Shown here one piece after another: positions 19,112-28,529 of a stretch of 64,000 nucleotides of DNA. Source of the DNA: Gammaproteobacteria bacterium (lineage in GTDB: Bacteria > Pseudomonadota > Gammaproteobacteria > GCA-001735895); contig JBNKUM010000014.1 in the NCBI GenBank assembly GCA_050298595.1, positions 1 through 64,000 on the forward strand, written 5' to 3'. A program made the position numbers and the translations under genes. Below the pieces are notes generated by a model. That model did no database searches and was not told the DNA's origin. It worked only from the letters and a program-made list of their open reading frames with translations. Every line of letters begins with the position of its first letter. Position 1 is the first letter of the stretch.

Positions 19112-19954
19112 ATGTCGTTAGTGCCTAAAGACCCACACCGGTTTATCAATGAACTGGATAAACCAGCCCTACAAAGCCTGATCATGAGACTTGAGAGCCG
19201 TGCCAGGGATAAGGCTTTTTCTAACCTGATTCTGAAATATGCCGCACAGCTTTCTCTGCCAGAATCCGCCCTCGCGCTAGATATAGGCTGTGGTACCGGT
19301 GCAACTACCCGCTTCCTGGCACAACGGGATAATTTTTCGGGTAAAGCTTATGCTGTAGATCAAAGTCCAGACTTTATTGAAGTCGCAAAACGCTTTGCAC
19401 AGTCGGAGAACATCGCTGATCGAATCGAATTCTCTGTTGGTGATGCACATCAACTGGAATTTTCTGACTCCATGTTTGATGTTGTCATCGCACATACTGT
19501 CATCAGCCATGTTACCGAACCCCAGACCGTGATTCAGGAAATGGCTCGTGTTGTAAAACCCGGGGGAACTCTGGTTATCTTCGATGGTGATTATTCATCC
19601 TTAACCTTTGCTTATCCGGAACAGGAACTAGGGCATAAAATGAATAAAGCATTGGCTCAGGCCACTTTTAATAACACAATAATTATGCAGGAAATACCCC
19701 GCATGCTACCTGGCTTTAACCTGGAAATCAGCAAGGCCTGGGGGGATGCCATCGTAGAGATAGGTCGTGGTAGTTATTTTAAATCCTTTATTGAAGCTTA
19801 CGCTCCTTATGTAAAGCACGCTGGGTTAATCAGTGCCAACCTGGTAGACGACTGGTTATCAAATCAGCTTGATTTTATTGACAAGGGACATTTTTTTGCT
19901 TCCTGTAACTACTATACCTATCTGTTAAAACGCAGAGAAAAATCTAATTTTTAA
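19112..19954 (+). CDS. Class I SAM-dependent methyltransferase (UbiE-like fold)
   Basis: LDIGCGTG, GDAHQLEF...FDVV, MARVVKPGG. Confidence 0.85.
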   Translation: MSLVPKDPHRFINELDKPALQSLIMRLESRARDKAFSNLILKYAAQLSLPESALALDIGCGTGATTRFLAQRDNFSGKAYAVDQSPDFIEVAKRFAQSENIADRIEFSVGDAHQLEFSDSMFDVVIAHTVISHVTEPQTVIQEMARVVKPGGTLVIFDGDYSSLTFAYPEQELGHKMNKALAQATFNNTIIMQEIPRMLPGFNLEISKAWGDAIVEIGRGSYFKSFIEAYAPYVKHAGLISANLVDDWLSNQLDFIDKGHFFASCNYYTYLLKRREKSNF

Positions 19955-20014
19955 TTCATAGTTAATAATTGTGAGCTTCAAGATCTTATCGCTTATAAAA
20001 CTATACACGCCTGG

Positions 20015-20812
20015 ATGAACTTACCATTCCCTGTTGATGCTGTTTCTGAGTTAAGGATTATTCATATTACAGACTCTCATTTACTCGATTCACCCGAAGA
20101 CAGGCTGTATGGTTTAAACACCAGTCACAACCTGCGGAGAGTGCTAACACAAGCGCTCACAGATGTTCCTGACGCGGACTTTATTCTGTTTACTGGAGAT
20201 ATCTCACAAACTGGTAGTAGATCCAGTTATCGGATATTCCAGTCAATCATTGCCGAACTCGAGTTGCCTGTATTATGCGTTCCCGGTAACCACGATAACC
20301 CGGAGCTGTTACAAAACGTTGTTTTCAGCAGTCCTGTTGAATCCTCTGTATTCCTGAAACAAGAGCACTTTTCGATTGTGTTGATGAATAGCTGGGTTGA
20401 TCAGGGTCATCATGGAGAGTTCGACGCAAATTGCATGGACCAGCTGCAACAATTTCTACGAAACTCCGGCAGTCACTTCCATATCTTTGCAATTCATCAC
20501 CCCCCCGTTACGGTCAACAGCAGATGGCTGGATGAACTGGGCCTGAAAAACCGGGATCAACTGCTCAGCCTTATTCTTGACTCTGGCACACCTTCCTTAC
20601 TATTAAGTGGACATATACATCAGCCGCTGGATCTGAAAATGGATCAGCTGAGGCTGTTGGCCACACCCTCAACCTGTCATCAATTTACAAGCCAAACAGA
20701 TCAAATTCAATTTCTTGATCATTCATTAGCCTCGTTTCGATATATTAAAATCTCGCTTCCAGACCAGATCGAGACCAGTGTTCATTTTATAGATTGTACT
20801 GTCCAGGATTAA
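20015..20812 (+). CDS. CpdA/Icc-like cyclic-nucleotide phosphodiesterase
   Basis: HITDSHL, TGDIS, PGNHD, HHPP, SGHIHQ, TPSTCHQF. Confidence 0.85.
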   Translation: MNLPFPVDAVSELRIIHITDSHLLDSPEDRLYGLNTSHNLRRVLTQALTDVPDADFILFTGDISQTGSRSSYRIFQSIIAELELPVLCVPGNHDNPELLQNVVFSSPVESSVFLKQEHFSIVLMNSWVDQGHHGEFDANCMDQLQQFLRNSGSHFHIFAIHHPPVTVNSRWLDELGLKNRDQLLSLILDSGTPSLLLSGHIHQPLDLKMDQLRLLATPSTCHQFTSQTDQIQFLDHSLASFRYIKISLPDQIETSVHFIDCTVQD

Positions 20813-20962
20813 TATATGTCAGGAAAGTAAGTAGTCCTGTACCTGATCAACTATAAGCTATGTCCCATACAAGCTGATTATCTATCAATCAGCAACCCCA
20901 ATAGCTGAACTCGCCCAAATACTATATAATCATTCGCTTATTAACCAGATCAAGAGTCAATA

Positions 20963-21889
20963 ATGAGCAACGATAAATTTAATTTCGATTTACCTTTTGA
21001 CAGCCCGGTGGAACCCATTCGCCTGGAAGCCAATGATCAACTTAAATTTCGCTGTCACAAAGGTGTTTCCTGCTGGAATGCCTGTTGCTCGCAAGCCAAT
21101 GTCACCCTCACCCCATATGATGTTATACGTCTTAAGCAACATACCGGCTTAAGTACTACCGATGTGCTGGCTAAACACACCGTACCTTTTGAACTCGACT
21201 CAGGCAGCATGCCCGGTATCAAACTGCGCACCGATGACAGTGGTGCCTGCCTGTTCATGACCGACGCTGGCTGCTCAGTTTATGAAAACCGTCCAACAGC
21301 CTGTCGTTATTATCCTTCGGGTTTATTGTCCATGCGCGCTATCGACAAAAATGTTGATGAGCGTTCTTTCCTGCTGATCAAAGAAGATCACTGCAAAGGA
21401 CATCTGGAAGACCAGGTTCAGACCGTTCAGGAATATCGTGAAGCTCAGGGTGTGACCGAATATGACGATTACAATCGTGAATGGTTTGTCATTATCTTAA
21501 AGAAACGCTCGACTGGTCCCGCTATCGGTAAACCTTCTGAAATGAGCCTGCAACTGTTTTTTATGGCCAGTTACGATATGGATCGCTTCCGTCGCTTTGT
21601 TACCAGCGATAGTTTTAAGAAAACCTATAACCTCACAGAAGGATTTTATACGGCTGTTGAAACCGATGATGTTGCCTTAATGCAATTTGGTTTTAAATTA
21701 ATGCGTCAGGTATTGTACGGAGAGTTAACCATTCCTGAAGTTGAAGGTGCATGGGATAAACGCGTAGAAGAACGTGCCGAAATCCTGAAAATGCGTAAGG
21801 AAATCGAAGTCATGGAACACGAAAAGCAAAAGGAAGCAGAGCTTGCCGAGGCCGTTTTGGGCAAATCTGATCAATGTTCGGACAACTGA
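20963..21889 (+). CDS. YkgJ-family cysteine-cluster protein
   Basis: FRCHKGVSCWNACC, ACLFM...GCSVYENRPTACRYYP, EDHCKG. Confidence 0.85.
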   Translation: MSNDKFNFDLPFDSPVEPIRLEANDQLKFRCHKGVSCWNACCSQANVTLTPYDVIRLKQHTGLSTTDVLAKHTVPFELDSGSMPGIKLRTDDSGACLFMTDAGCSVYENRPTACRYYPSGLLSMRAIDKNVDERSFLLIKEDHCKGHLEDQVQTVQEYREAQGVTEYDDYNREWFVIILKKRSTGPAIGKPSEMSLQLFFMASYDMDRFRRFVTSDSFKKTYNLTEGFYTAVETDDVALMQFGFKLMRQVLYGELTIPEVEGAWDKRVEERAEILKMRKEIEVMEHEKQKEAELAEAVLGKSDQCSDN

Positions 21890-21893
21890 TTCT

Positions 21894-22445
21894 ATGACAC
21901 AACAAATTACCGTTGCTATTGTTTCTGATACTCATGCCTATCTTCACCCTGAGATCGACAAACTGGTAAAACAATGTGATATCGCTATCCATGCGGGGGA
22001 TATCTGCAATGCATCCATACTGGATGCATTACAACCCAAAACCGGTCAGGTTATTGCAGTAGCTGGAAACAATGATTATGAAGCGGCCTGGCCCTCTCAG
22101 CAGAACGCACGCGTCAAATCCTTACCCCAGATTGCGAGCCTGGAATTGCCAGGTGGCTTGATCAAGATTGAGCATGGACATATTCACGATATGAGTAGTC
22201 CAGACCATGAAGACCTGCGTCAGGCGCACCCTGATGCACGGATGGTAGTTTATGGTCACACCCATAGGAAAGTCATCGATGATTTTAAAATGCCGTGGGT
22301 GGTAAATCCTGGCGCTGCAGGTGCTACCCGTACCCGTGGTGGTGCATCCTGCCTGGTGTTGATTGCCAGTAAAGATCTGTGGAAGATTGAAAGCTATCGC
22401 TTTGAAGATATTACGCATACCGCTCAGGCCGCCTCTGCGGCCTGA
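21894..22445 (+). CDS. Metallophosphoesterase (YfcE/MJ0936 family)
   Basis: VSDTH, HAGDI, GNND, HGH, YGHTH, NPGA; start at MTQQI. Confidence 0.85.
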   Translation: MTQQITVAIVSDTHAYLHPEIDKLVKQCDIAIHAGDICNASILDALQPKTGQVIAVAGNNDYEAAWPSQQNARVKSLPQIASLELPGGLIKIEHGHIHDMSSPDHEDLRQAHPDARMVVYGHTHRKVIDDFKMPWVVNPGAAGATRTRGGASCLVLIASKDLWKIESYRFEDITHTAQAASAA

Positions 22446-23957
22446 TTAATTATTTGAGTCTAACTCGACCTCATCGAAGATGGCAAGTCCATCATCGGTG
22501 ATTCGATCCTCTAAATCCACAAAGCTTTTCATACGATCGTTAACAACAATGTAATCAAAAAACTCAGCTCGCGTTTTATTTCTATCATCAATTTCATAAT
22601 CAGCTGATGCATCCAGCTCGACTGTCAGACCATTAATCACCACAGTGTAGGGAGCAATTTTCTCAGTAATATACCCCCTGATCTTATACTCTTTCAGGTG
22701 ATCATGTTTTAGTGATACCACTACCCAATCGGCTCCAACCTTCTTCACCTGAGCCTTAACGTCCAGGTCAACCGATAATTGGTCCAGAGTCATTGGCTCA
22801 GAATGATGATGCCTTGATTCATCCACGAGCTGACTTTGATTATCAAACAACAGGTCGATAGTTTGACTCATTCCTGGATATTCGATTTGAATTCGCTTAT
22901 TGTCAATATCATCTATTGATGAAATAACCGCATCAAACTCGGCCTCAGCACTACGGATCTCCAGTTTTTGAGCGATAAGTTCTGCACCAGAATAATGCCC
23001 TTTAACCTGAACCTGTATGCCTTCTTTGAGTTGTCCTGTAATTGAAGAATCAATTCCCGAGACATCGACTACAATGCCGTTTAACTCAAAAAAATCATCT
23101 CCACGGGTAAATTCACTAACAATGCCCTGTAAACATATTTCTCCAGTGGCATGGGTTAGCTTCTGAATATCATCATCTTCACCTTCAATATGGGTAGCCT
23201 GAATATGAGTAGAATCCAGATAGACACCGTTTACTTCCACATGTACCCCAACTTTCAATCCCGTAACATCCAGATCAGTCAAATTTGAATCATCAATCGA
23301 TGAGGTATCTACCGAAACACCCTGCACCGTTATCGTCTGAGTGCCTAGACTCTCGATAGCACCGTGTAATTCAACAGGGATAGAACCATTTTGCTGTCCC
23401 ACTTTTTTCTCAACACGGGTTGCAACAATCGTGGAGGATTTGAGATCAACGAAACCGCTGACCTCAACATTGTCTCCCTGAGCAATAGTATCAAAGGAAA
23501 AGTCTGTACCATTATCTATAGTAAAGGTAGTAGAAGCAGCATCAATTAAAACAATCTGCCCTAGAATATTTAATGATTTGAGGTTTCTGTTAACGGTTGA
23601 TAGAACAATGCTTTCAATAGGTCCTTCTATCGCATCATCATAGACTACGGAGTTTGCCAGACCGGTGCCATCACCATTATCCGTAGCCACAAGTCGAACC
23701 ACCATACCAAGAGCAAGATTATTTTTGCCAGAGGCAGGGGCACCGTCCACATCGATACTAGCCTGATCAATATCGTACTCAACACCGTTAACAAAGATAC
23801 TGCCAAACCCTGTGATAACACCCAGGACAATACCGGTACCACTGATACCGGCAGTCATTAAAGTACCTTCTCCTCCGCAGGAAAGGATAGATATACTCAA
23901 CACAGTAGTAATAATGATACGTCTGAGCCTTATTGTGAAGCACATGAATTTATCCAT
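22446..23957 (-). CDS. DUF5666-like repeat lipoprotein
   Basis: Lipobox ILSC; GISGTG...GVITGFGSIFVNGV followed by repeated GxxVEVxG...ATRVE OB-like units; start at MDKF after AGGA. Confidence 0.75.
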   Translation of the reverse strand: MDKFMCFTIRLRRIIITTVLSISILSCGGEGTLMTAGISGTGIVLGVITGFGSIFVNGVEYDIDQASIDVDGAPASGKNNLALGMVVRLVATDNGDGTGLANSVVYDDAIEGPIESIVLSTVNRNLKSLNILGQIVLIDAASTTFTIDNGTDFSFDTIAQGDNVEVSGFVDLKSSTIVATRVEKKVGQQNGSIPVELHGAIESLGTQTITVQGVSVDTSSIDDSNLTDLDVTGLKVGVHVEVNGVYLDSTHIQATHIEGEDDDIQKLTHATGEICLQGIVSEFTRGDDFFELNGIVVDVSGIDSSITGQLKEGIQVQVKGHYSGAELIAQKLEIRSAEAEFDAVISSIDDIDNKRIQIEYPGMSQTIDLLFDNQSQLVDESRHHHSEPMTLDQLSVDLDVKAQVKKVGADWVVVSLKHDHLKEYKIRGYITEKIAPYTVVINGLTVELDASADYEIDDRNKTRAEFFDYIVVNDRMKSFVDLEDRITDDGLAIFDEVELDSNN

Positions 23958-23961
23958 ATAA

Positions 23962-24774
23962 CTATTTCCTTTCTTCACTGGAAGGTTTCTGATTAAAGTA
24001 AATACCAAAGCTGACGGCACATGACTCTTCATCGTTCTCAACCTCATTCGCTGAAAAGTCTGCATCAATGTCTTCCAACAATTGCTGGGCTCGATTATTT
24101 ATTTTTTTCGTTATTTTTTTCACCGCAGTTTTTCTTATGTGAGTATTCGAGGCCTTACGCTGAAACCACGCATCTTCAGGATGAGCGATATTGATATTAT
24201 GATCTATGGTATCAATAAACTCGGCGGTATCTATACCTAATATATTAAGTTTCTGGTCAGAGTCGGTAGAAGGTAGATAATTCGGATTGATCAGCTGGAT
24301 ATTACCGTTATCGATAATCTTAATATTACCGCTGTCCATAAGTGCATTAAGCATCGCTACTATAGGCATATCACCACTATATTGTTTGACAAGACTGGTA
24401 AAAGAAGACTTCTCACCCTCTAATTGCAGATCCTTAGGCTCATGATCCGCATCCAGAAATTCATCATCGTGCTGCCAACCCGCAAGCACGCGCACAATAC
24501 GGTTGAACTTCTTAAGTGAATTATCAGAATCGAAAGTTAAAGATTCCTTTAGACGTTTGACTTCTTTGCGGTTGATCCCAGTCAGTATAGATACGTTCGA
24601 AACCGTCTGTTTTTGCTCACGGCGTGAAGCTTCGTCATACCCTGCATCCACATAAATTTTGCGTGCTATATCGGCAAAAGTCCCGTATGCAATACCATTA
24701 CGCAGCAGTATTCTGATTAGCGGTTTCAGAATACGTATAGTGGTGGTTTGTATGACTTCTGGTACTAAACTCAT
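23962..24774 (-). CDS. DUF6502-like protein with HTH-like segment
   Basis: LKPLIRILLRNGI, TVSNVSILTGINRKEV, RVLAGW, SFTSLVKQYSGD; typical partner of DUF5666 genes. Confidence 0.75.
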   Translation of the reverse strand: MSLVPEVIQTTTIRILKPLIRILLRNGIAYGTFADIARKIYVDAGYDEASRREQKQTVSNVSILTGINRKEVKRLKESLTFDSDNSLKKFNRIVRVLAGWQHDDEFLDADHEPKDLQLEGEKSSFTSLVKQYSGDMPIVAMLNALMDSGNIKIIDNGNIQLINPNYLPSTDSDQKLNILGIDTAEFIDTIDHNINIAHPEDAWFQRKASNTHIRKTAVKKITKKINNRAQQLLEDIDADFSANEVENDEESCAVSFGIYFNQKPSSEERK

Positions 24775-25111
24775 TTGTTCGGTAACCCGTGAAAAATTTC
24801 TACTGACTCAACAAAAAAATGCACTTCATCACCTTTCAGGTTCAATCTGAAATCGTAAAGATTGTGCAAAATGCTAACACTTAGTCAAGGCCATAACGAT
24901 GAAACACTTCAAATACAGATTAAATAAACCGGAAAATCAAATACTAAATGCTGTAACTTATATCAGTGAATAAACCTAAGATAATTCTCACGAACAGGAC
25001 AAGGATTGATTTATGTTTGGGAAAATATTCCCTTTGGGCTGTTTCAGCATTCTACAGGATTTAGTTATATGATCAAGTCCAAAAAAAGTATATACACTGA
25101 ATGGAATGTAT

Positions 25112-26368
25112 TTAGAACAGACTCTCAATGGTAGCGATAATTTCAGGTGCATCCCACTCGAGTGCGCCTTGATAGGCAAAGCGGATATATCCCTCTCGAT
25201 CAATTAGATAATTGGATGGATAGCCATATACCTTCCAGTCACGCACAGCCTGACCATCCTGATCCATCAAGATATCGAAGTTAACAGGAATCGACTGTGT
25301 GAAATGTTTAATATCCTCGGAAGATTCACCAATATTTACAGCGACCACTTTAAACGGCCGGCCTTTCATTCGATTAACCAGCCTGGAAAGCGAAGGGACT
25401 TCTTCTACGCAGGGCCGACACCAGCTAGCCCAAAAGTTCACCAGAATAACCTCATCAGTCGATGATGCCAGATCGAATTTTCTACCGTTTATATCTTTTA
25501 ATACTAAAGACTGCGGTTTAGCATCACCCTTATAAGGATGAAGATTTAGGGCTTTTATCTTTTCGTTATCGGATTTTCTGTTCTCAATATATTGGTAACC
25601 TGGCCTGATATCGTCTTTTCTTGAAGCTACTAACAAACCCAAAGCTGTTTGCAGAATTTGCGCTAACTGTTCACGCGCCGAAATATCTACTGGTTTCAGG
25701 TCTTCCTCAGGACGCATATGGAATCCTCCCTGAACACCCTTGAACATATGGATATAAACCTGACTGCCAGCTTTACCCAGTTGTTTGGCAATTTCTTTAC
25801 CACGAGCAAACTTGGTTGAGTATTGAGGAAGCAACATATACACCGGCAAATTGCTGTAGCCTGATATTTCGACATACCTGGCGCTGCTACCCATTTCAGT
25901 CCTGCCCTGCACCAGATGTGGAGAAAACAGTAACAGACCATGTAACAGGTCTGACTGGGGGTTTTTCTGCTGCCATAAATAGGCTGCATTCAAAGCTAAC
26001 TGGACTCCTCGATCCGAACTGAGCAGAAATACTTCCTGATAACCCTGTGTTTTGGTGACATCGATAAGTGCTAACAGGTCATCCATGTCAATTTCACTAA
26101 GGCTGTCACGGCCCGTTGGAATGATATAGCTTTCATGCAGGTTTGCCGCCCATACGTCAATGCCCAGAGCCGCCAGATCAAGCGAGATGGGAATATAACC
26201 CTGACCTAAACCTCGCTCAGAAGGTAGCCAGATAATGAGGGATTTACCAGCCCCCTTAAATTGAGTAATACTAAAGGTGGTACCAGTATCTAACTCAACT
26301 TCAAGGCTCTCGTAGGCATCAACTGCACTCGTAACAAGCAGTAGTAAAATCAGATAGATACGTGACAT
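25112..26368 (-). CDS. Secreted fusion of an alpha/beta-hydrolase-like domain and a TlpA-family thiol-disulfide oxidoreductase
   Basis: Signal peptide; C-terminal VNFWASWCRPCVEEVP and YPSNYLID. Confidence 0.8.
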   Translation of the reverse strand: MSRIYLILLLLVTSAVDAYESLEVELDTGTTFSITQFKGAGKSLIIWLPSERGLGQGYIPISLDLAALGIDVWAANLHESYIIPTGRDSLSEIDMDDLLALIDVTKTQGYQEVFLLSSDRGVQLALNAAYLWQQKNPQSDLLHGLLLFSPHLVQGRTEMGSSARYVEISGYSNLPVYMLLPQYSTKFARGKEIAKQLGKAGSQVYIHMFKGVQGGFHMRPEEDLKPVDISAREQLAQILQTALGLLVASRKDDIRPGYQYIENRKSDNEKIKALNLHPYKGDAKPQSLVLKDINGRKFDLASSTDEVILVNFWASWCRPCVEEVPSLSRLVNRMKGRPFKVVAVNIGESSEDIKHFTQSIPVNFDILMDQDGQAVRDWKVYGYPSNYLIDREGYIRFAYQGALEWDAPEIIATIESLF

Positions 26369-26462
26369 GTAGATGTGAATATGATGAGAAATTAGTGACC
26401 AACCCTAACATATTGCACTACCCGGAAATAAGCTATCCCCAAGAGATAGATGGATTGCAGGC

Positions 26463-27062
26463 TTATCTATAATTGCGCATCTGACCAACCAGCACGCCGT
26501 GTATGGTCACTCGATCGGCAGAGTACACCATAGGCTCCATTGAGGAGTTTTCTGGAATCAAAGCAACCTCTGAGTTACTGCGACGACGAAAACGCTTTAG
26601 CGTTGCTTCCACCTTATCGATCATGGCTACTACGATATCGCCATCGTGAGCAATCGGCTGTTTTTTGATAATCACATAATCGTTATCGAGAATACCAACA
26701 TCCATCATCGAATCCCCGCTAACGCGAAGCGCGAACAAGTCAGGCCCCATAAACATTTCGGACAGATTCAGTTCCTGATGATCTTCTATCGCCTCTATCG
26801 GCAAACCGGCAGCAATCTTCCCTACTAAAGGAATCACTGGAGGACTCACCAGAGGCAACTCAACCAGACTCATGCCGCGAGAGTTACCTTTAGCTCGGTT
26901 GATATAACCTTTATCTTCCAGAGATTGAACATAACGATGAATCGTGCCCTGCGAATTGACTCCGATAGCTGTACCTATTTCCTTAAATTTTGGTGCATAG
27001 CCAAACTGGGCAATATAGTTGCGAATGAATTGAAGGGTATTTTGTTCTTGTGTAGTCAGCAT
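26463..27062 (-). CDS. lexA: SOS repressor LexA
   Basis: N-terminal wHTH, IAAG Ala-Gly cleavage site, RVSGDSM (Ser), TLKRF (Lys); start at MLTTQ. Confidence 0.93.
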   Translation of the reverse strand: MLTTQEQNTLQFIRNYIAQFGYAPKFKEIGTAIGVNSQGTIHRYVQSLEDKGYINRAKGNSRGMSLVELPLVSPPVIPLVGKIAAGLPIEAIEDHQELNLSEMFMGPDLFALRVSGDSMMDVGILDNDYVIIKKQPIAHDGDIVVAMIDKVEATLKRFRRRSNSEVALIPENSSMEPMVYSADRVTIHGVLVGQMRNYR

Positions 27063-27093
27063 AGGTCTTCTCACTATCTTCTCGTGGCATTGA

Positions 27094-27108
27094 GAATAAA
27101 ACGAGAAC
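27094..27108 (-). promoter_or_regulatory. Candidate LexA box, GTTC-N7-GTTC type
   Basis: Minus strand GTTC-TCGTTTT-ATTC about 30 nt upstream of the lexA start; one mismatch. Confidence 0.5.
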
Positions 27109-27233
27109 ACTAACTGTGCAAGTTAATTTTGCTCAGCAGTCATAATATGACGCAAATCATTGCATACATTTGCGCTATCAGACTATCCTTCATCTGAGTG
27201 CTTTACTCCAGCAAACGACAATGAAGCAAACGA

Positions 27234-28007
27234 ATGACTGTACTTTCTATTATAAGCCGCCTTTTTCTGCTGATAAGTTGTCTAATCATACTTTCCCTGC
27301 CAGCCGTACAGGCTGAAGAAATTGAATCACTGGTTCTCAGTGAAGATGCCGAAATAGATATCCTGCACATCGGTGAATCTGGAAATACCGCATTGATCTG
27401 GTTTGCCTGTAATCAGGGTGAAGAAACCACCGAATTTGAGGCGGCACGAAATCTCGTTGCTCTGGGCTATCAGACATTTTTCCCTGACATGCTGAGTGCA
27501 CATTTTTTGTCACCCACACCCTCAAATATTGGAAAAATACCAGCACAGGAAGTCGCCAAAGTCATTCAACATATTATCGAAGAATCCAATGCTAAAAAAA
27601 TCTACCTGATTGGAGGAGCACGAGCTGCAGTTCCGGTGTTAACAGGGTTGGCTGAAAAAGACATTAAATCTGAAGCAAGAATAAATGGAGCACTACTGAT
27701 TACGCCACGCATTAATAAGTTAACACCTGTGCCAGGCTCTGAACCAGTTTACATCGATGCTGTTGGACAGTCGCAACACCCGATTAGAGTACTGGAGGGC
27801 GAAAGAACGCCAAACCGCTGGGGGTTGCCCTATTTGAAGCAAAGGCTAGCTGAATCTGGAAGTACGGTCAGTACGGCACTTATCAAAGGTGTGCGAGGTT
27901 TTTTTTATTTACGTAACGATAAAACCCCTGAAGAAGAAAAAGCTACTGACAACCTCCCCCACATCATCGACACCAATATTCAACAACTGGGAGTCCCCAA
28001 TCAATGA
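27234..28007 (+). CDS. Secreted alpha/beta-hydrolase-like protein, paralogous to the N-domain of 25112-26368
   Basis: Signal peptide ending AVQA; ALIWFA, IYLIGGARA, GALLITP, IKGVRGFFYLR align with SLIIWLP, VFLLSSDRG, GLLLFSP, FKGVQGGFHMR. Confidence 0.7.
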   Translation: MTVLSIISRLFLLISCLIILSLPAVQAEEIESLVLSEDAEIDILHIGESGNTALIWFACNQGEETTEFEAARNLVALGYQTFFPDMLSAHFLSPTPSNIGKIPAQEVAKVIQHIIEESNAKKIYLIGGARAAVPVLTGLAEKDIKSEARINGALLITPRINKLTPVPGSEPVYIDAVGQSQHPIRVLEGERTPNRWGLPYLKQRLAESGSTVSTALIKGVRGFFYLRNDKTPEEEKATDNLPHIIDTNIQQLGVPNQ

Positions 28008-28519
28008 ATAAACTAAGCTGCCTGATATTTGCAATATGCTTATGTCTGTCCAGTTACCAGAGCATAGCAGCCAGTGGTCAATTAAAACCTTATAAGGGAA
28101 ATTTGACTCAAAACGAACTTAAGTTACCCGATATGCAGGGCAAGGTACATACCCTAAATGACTACAAAGGTAACATAGTGCTGGTACAGTTCTGGGCCAC
28201 CTACTGCACCCCCTGTCGCCAGGAAATGCCGACTATGAATAAGCTGATCAAAAAAATGCAGGGCAAGCCTTTCAAAATCATCACGGTGAACATGGCGGAG
28301 TCTCGTGAAGAAGTCGCCGATTTTATCAAACAGGTTCCGGTCGATTTTCCGGTGTTGCTGGATAGCGATGGATCCACCGTTGGAAAATGGAAGGTGTTTG
28401 CAGCACCTGCTAATTTCATACTGGACAAAAAAGGCAACATCATCTTCACCCTTTTCGGTGCTATAGACTGGGACTCGGATGATATGGTAAAAAAACTGAC
28501 TCTGTTAACTGAGATGTGA
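28004..28519 (+). CDS. TlpA-family thiol-disulfide oxidoreductase
   Basis: VQFWATYCTPCRQEMP; signal peptide; ATGA coupling to the upstream gene. Confidence 0.9.
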   Translation: MNKLSCLIFAICLCLSSYQSIAASGQLKPYKGNLTQNELKLPDMQGKVHTLNDYKGNIVLVQFWATYCTPCRQEMPTMNKLIKKMQGKPFKIITVNMAESREEVADFIKQVPVDFPVLLDSDGSTVGKWKVFAAPANFILDKKGNIIFTLFGAIDWDSDDMVKKLTLLTEM

Positions 28520-28529
28520 CTCAACTTTT

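Noticed and set aside
18790-19128. 112-aa ORF between cynS and the methyltransferase
   Set aside because: No clear RBS or motif, and it overlaps the next gene's start
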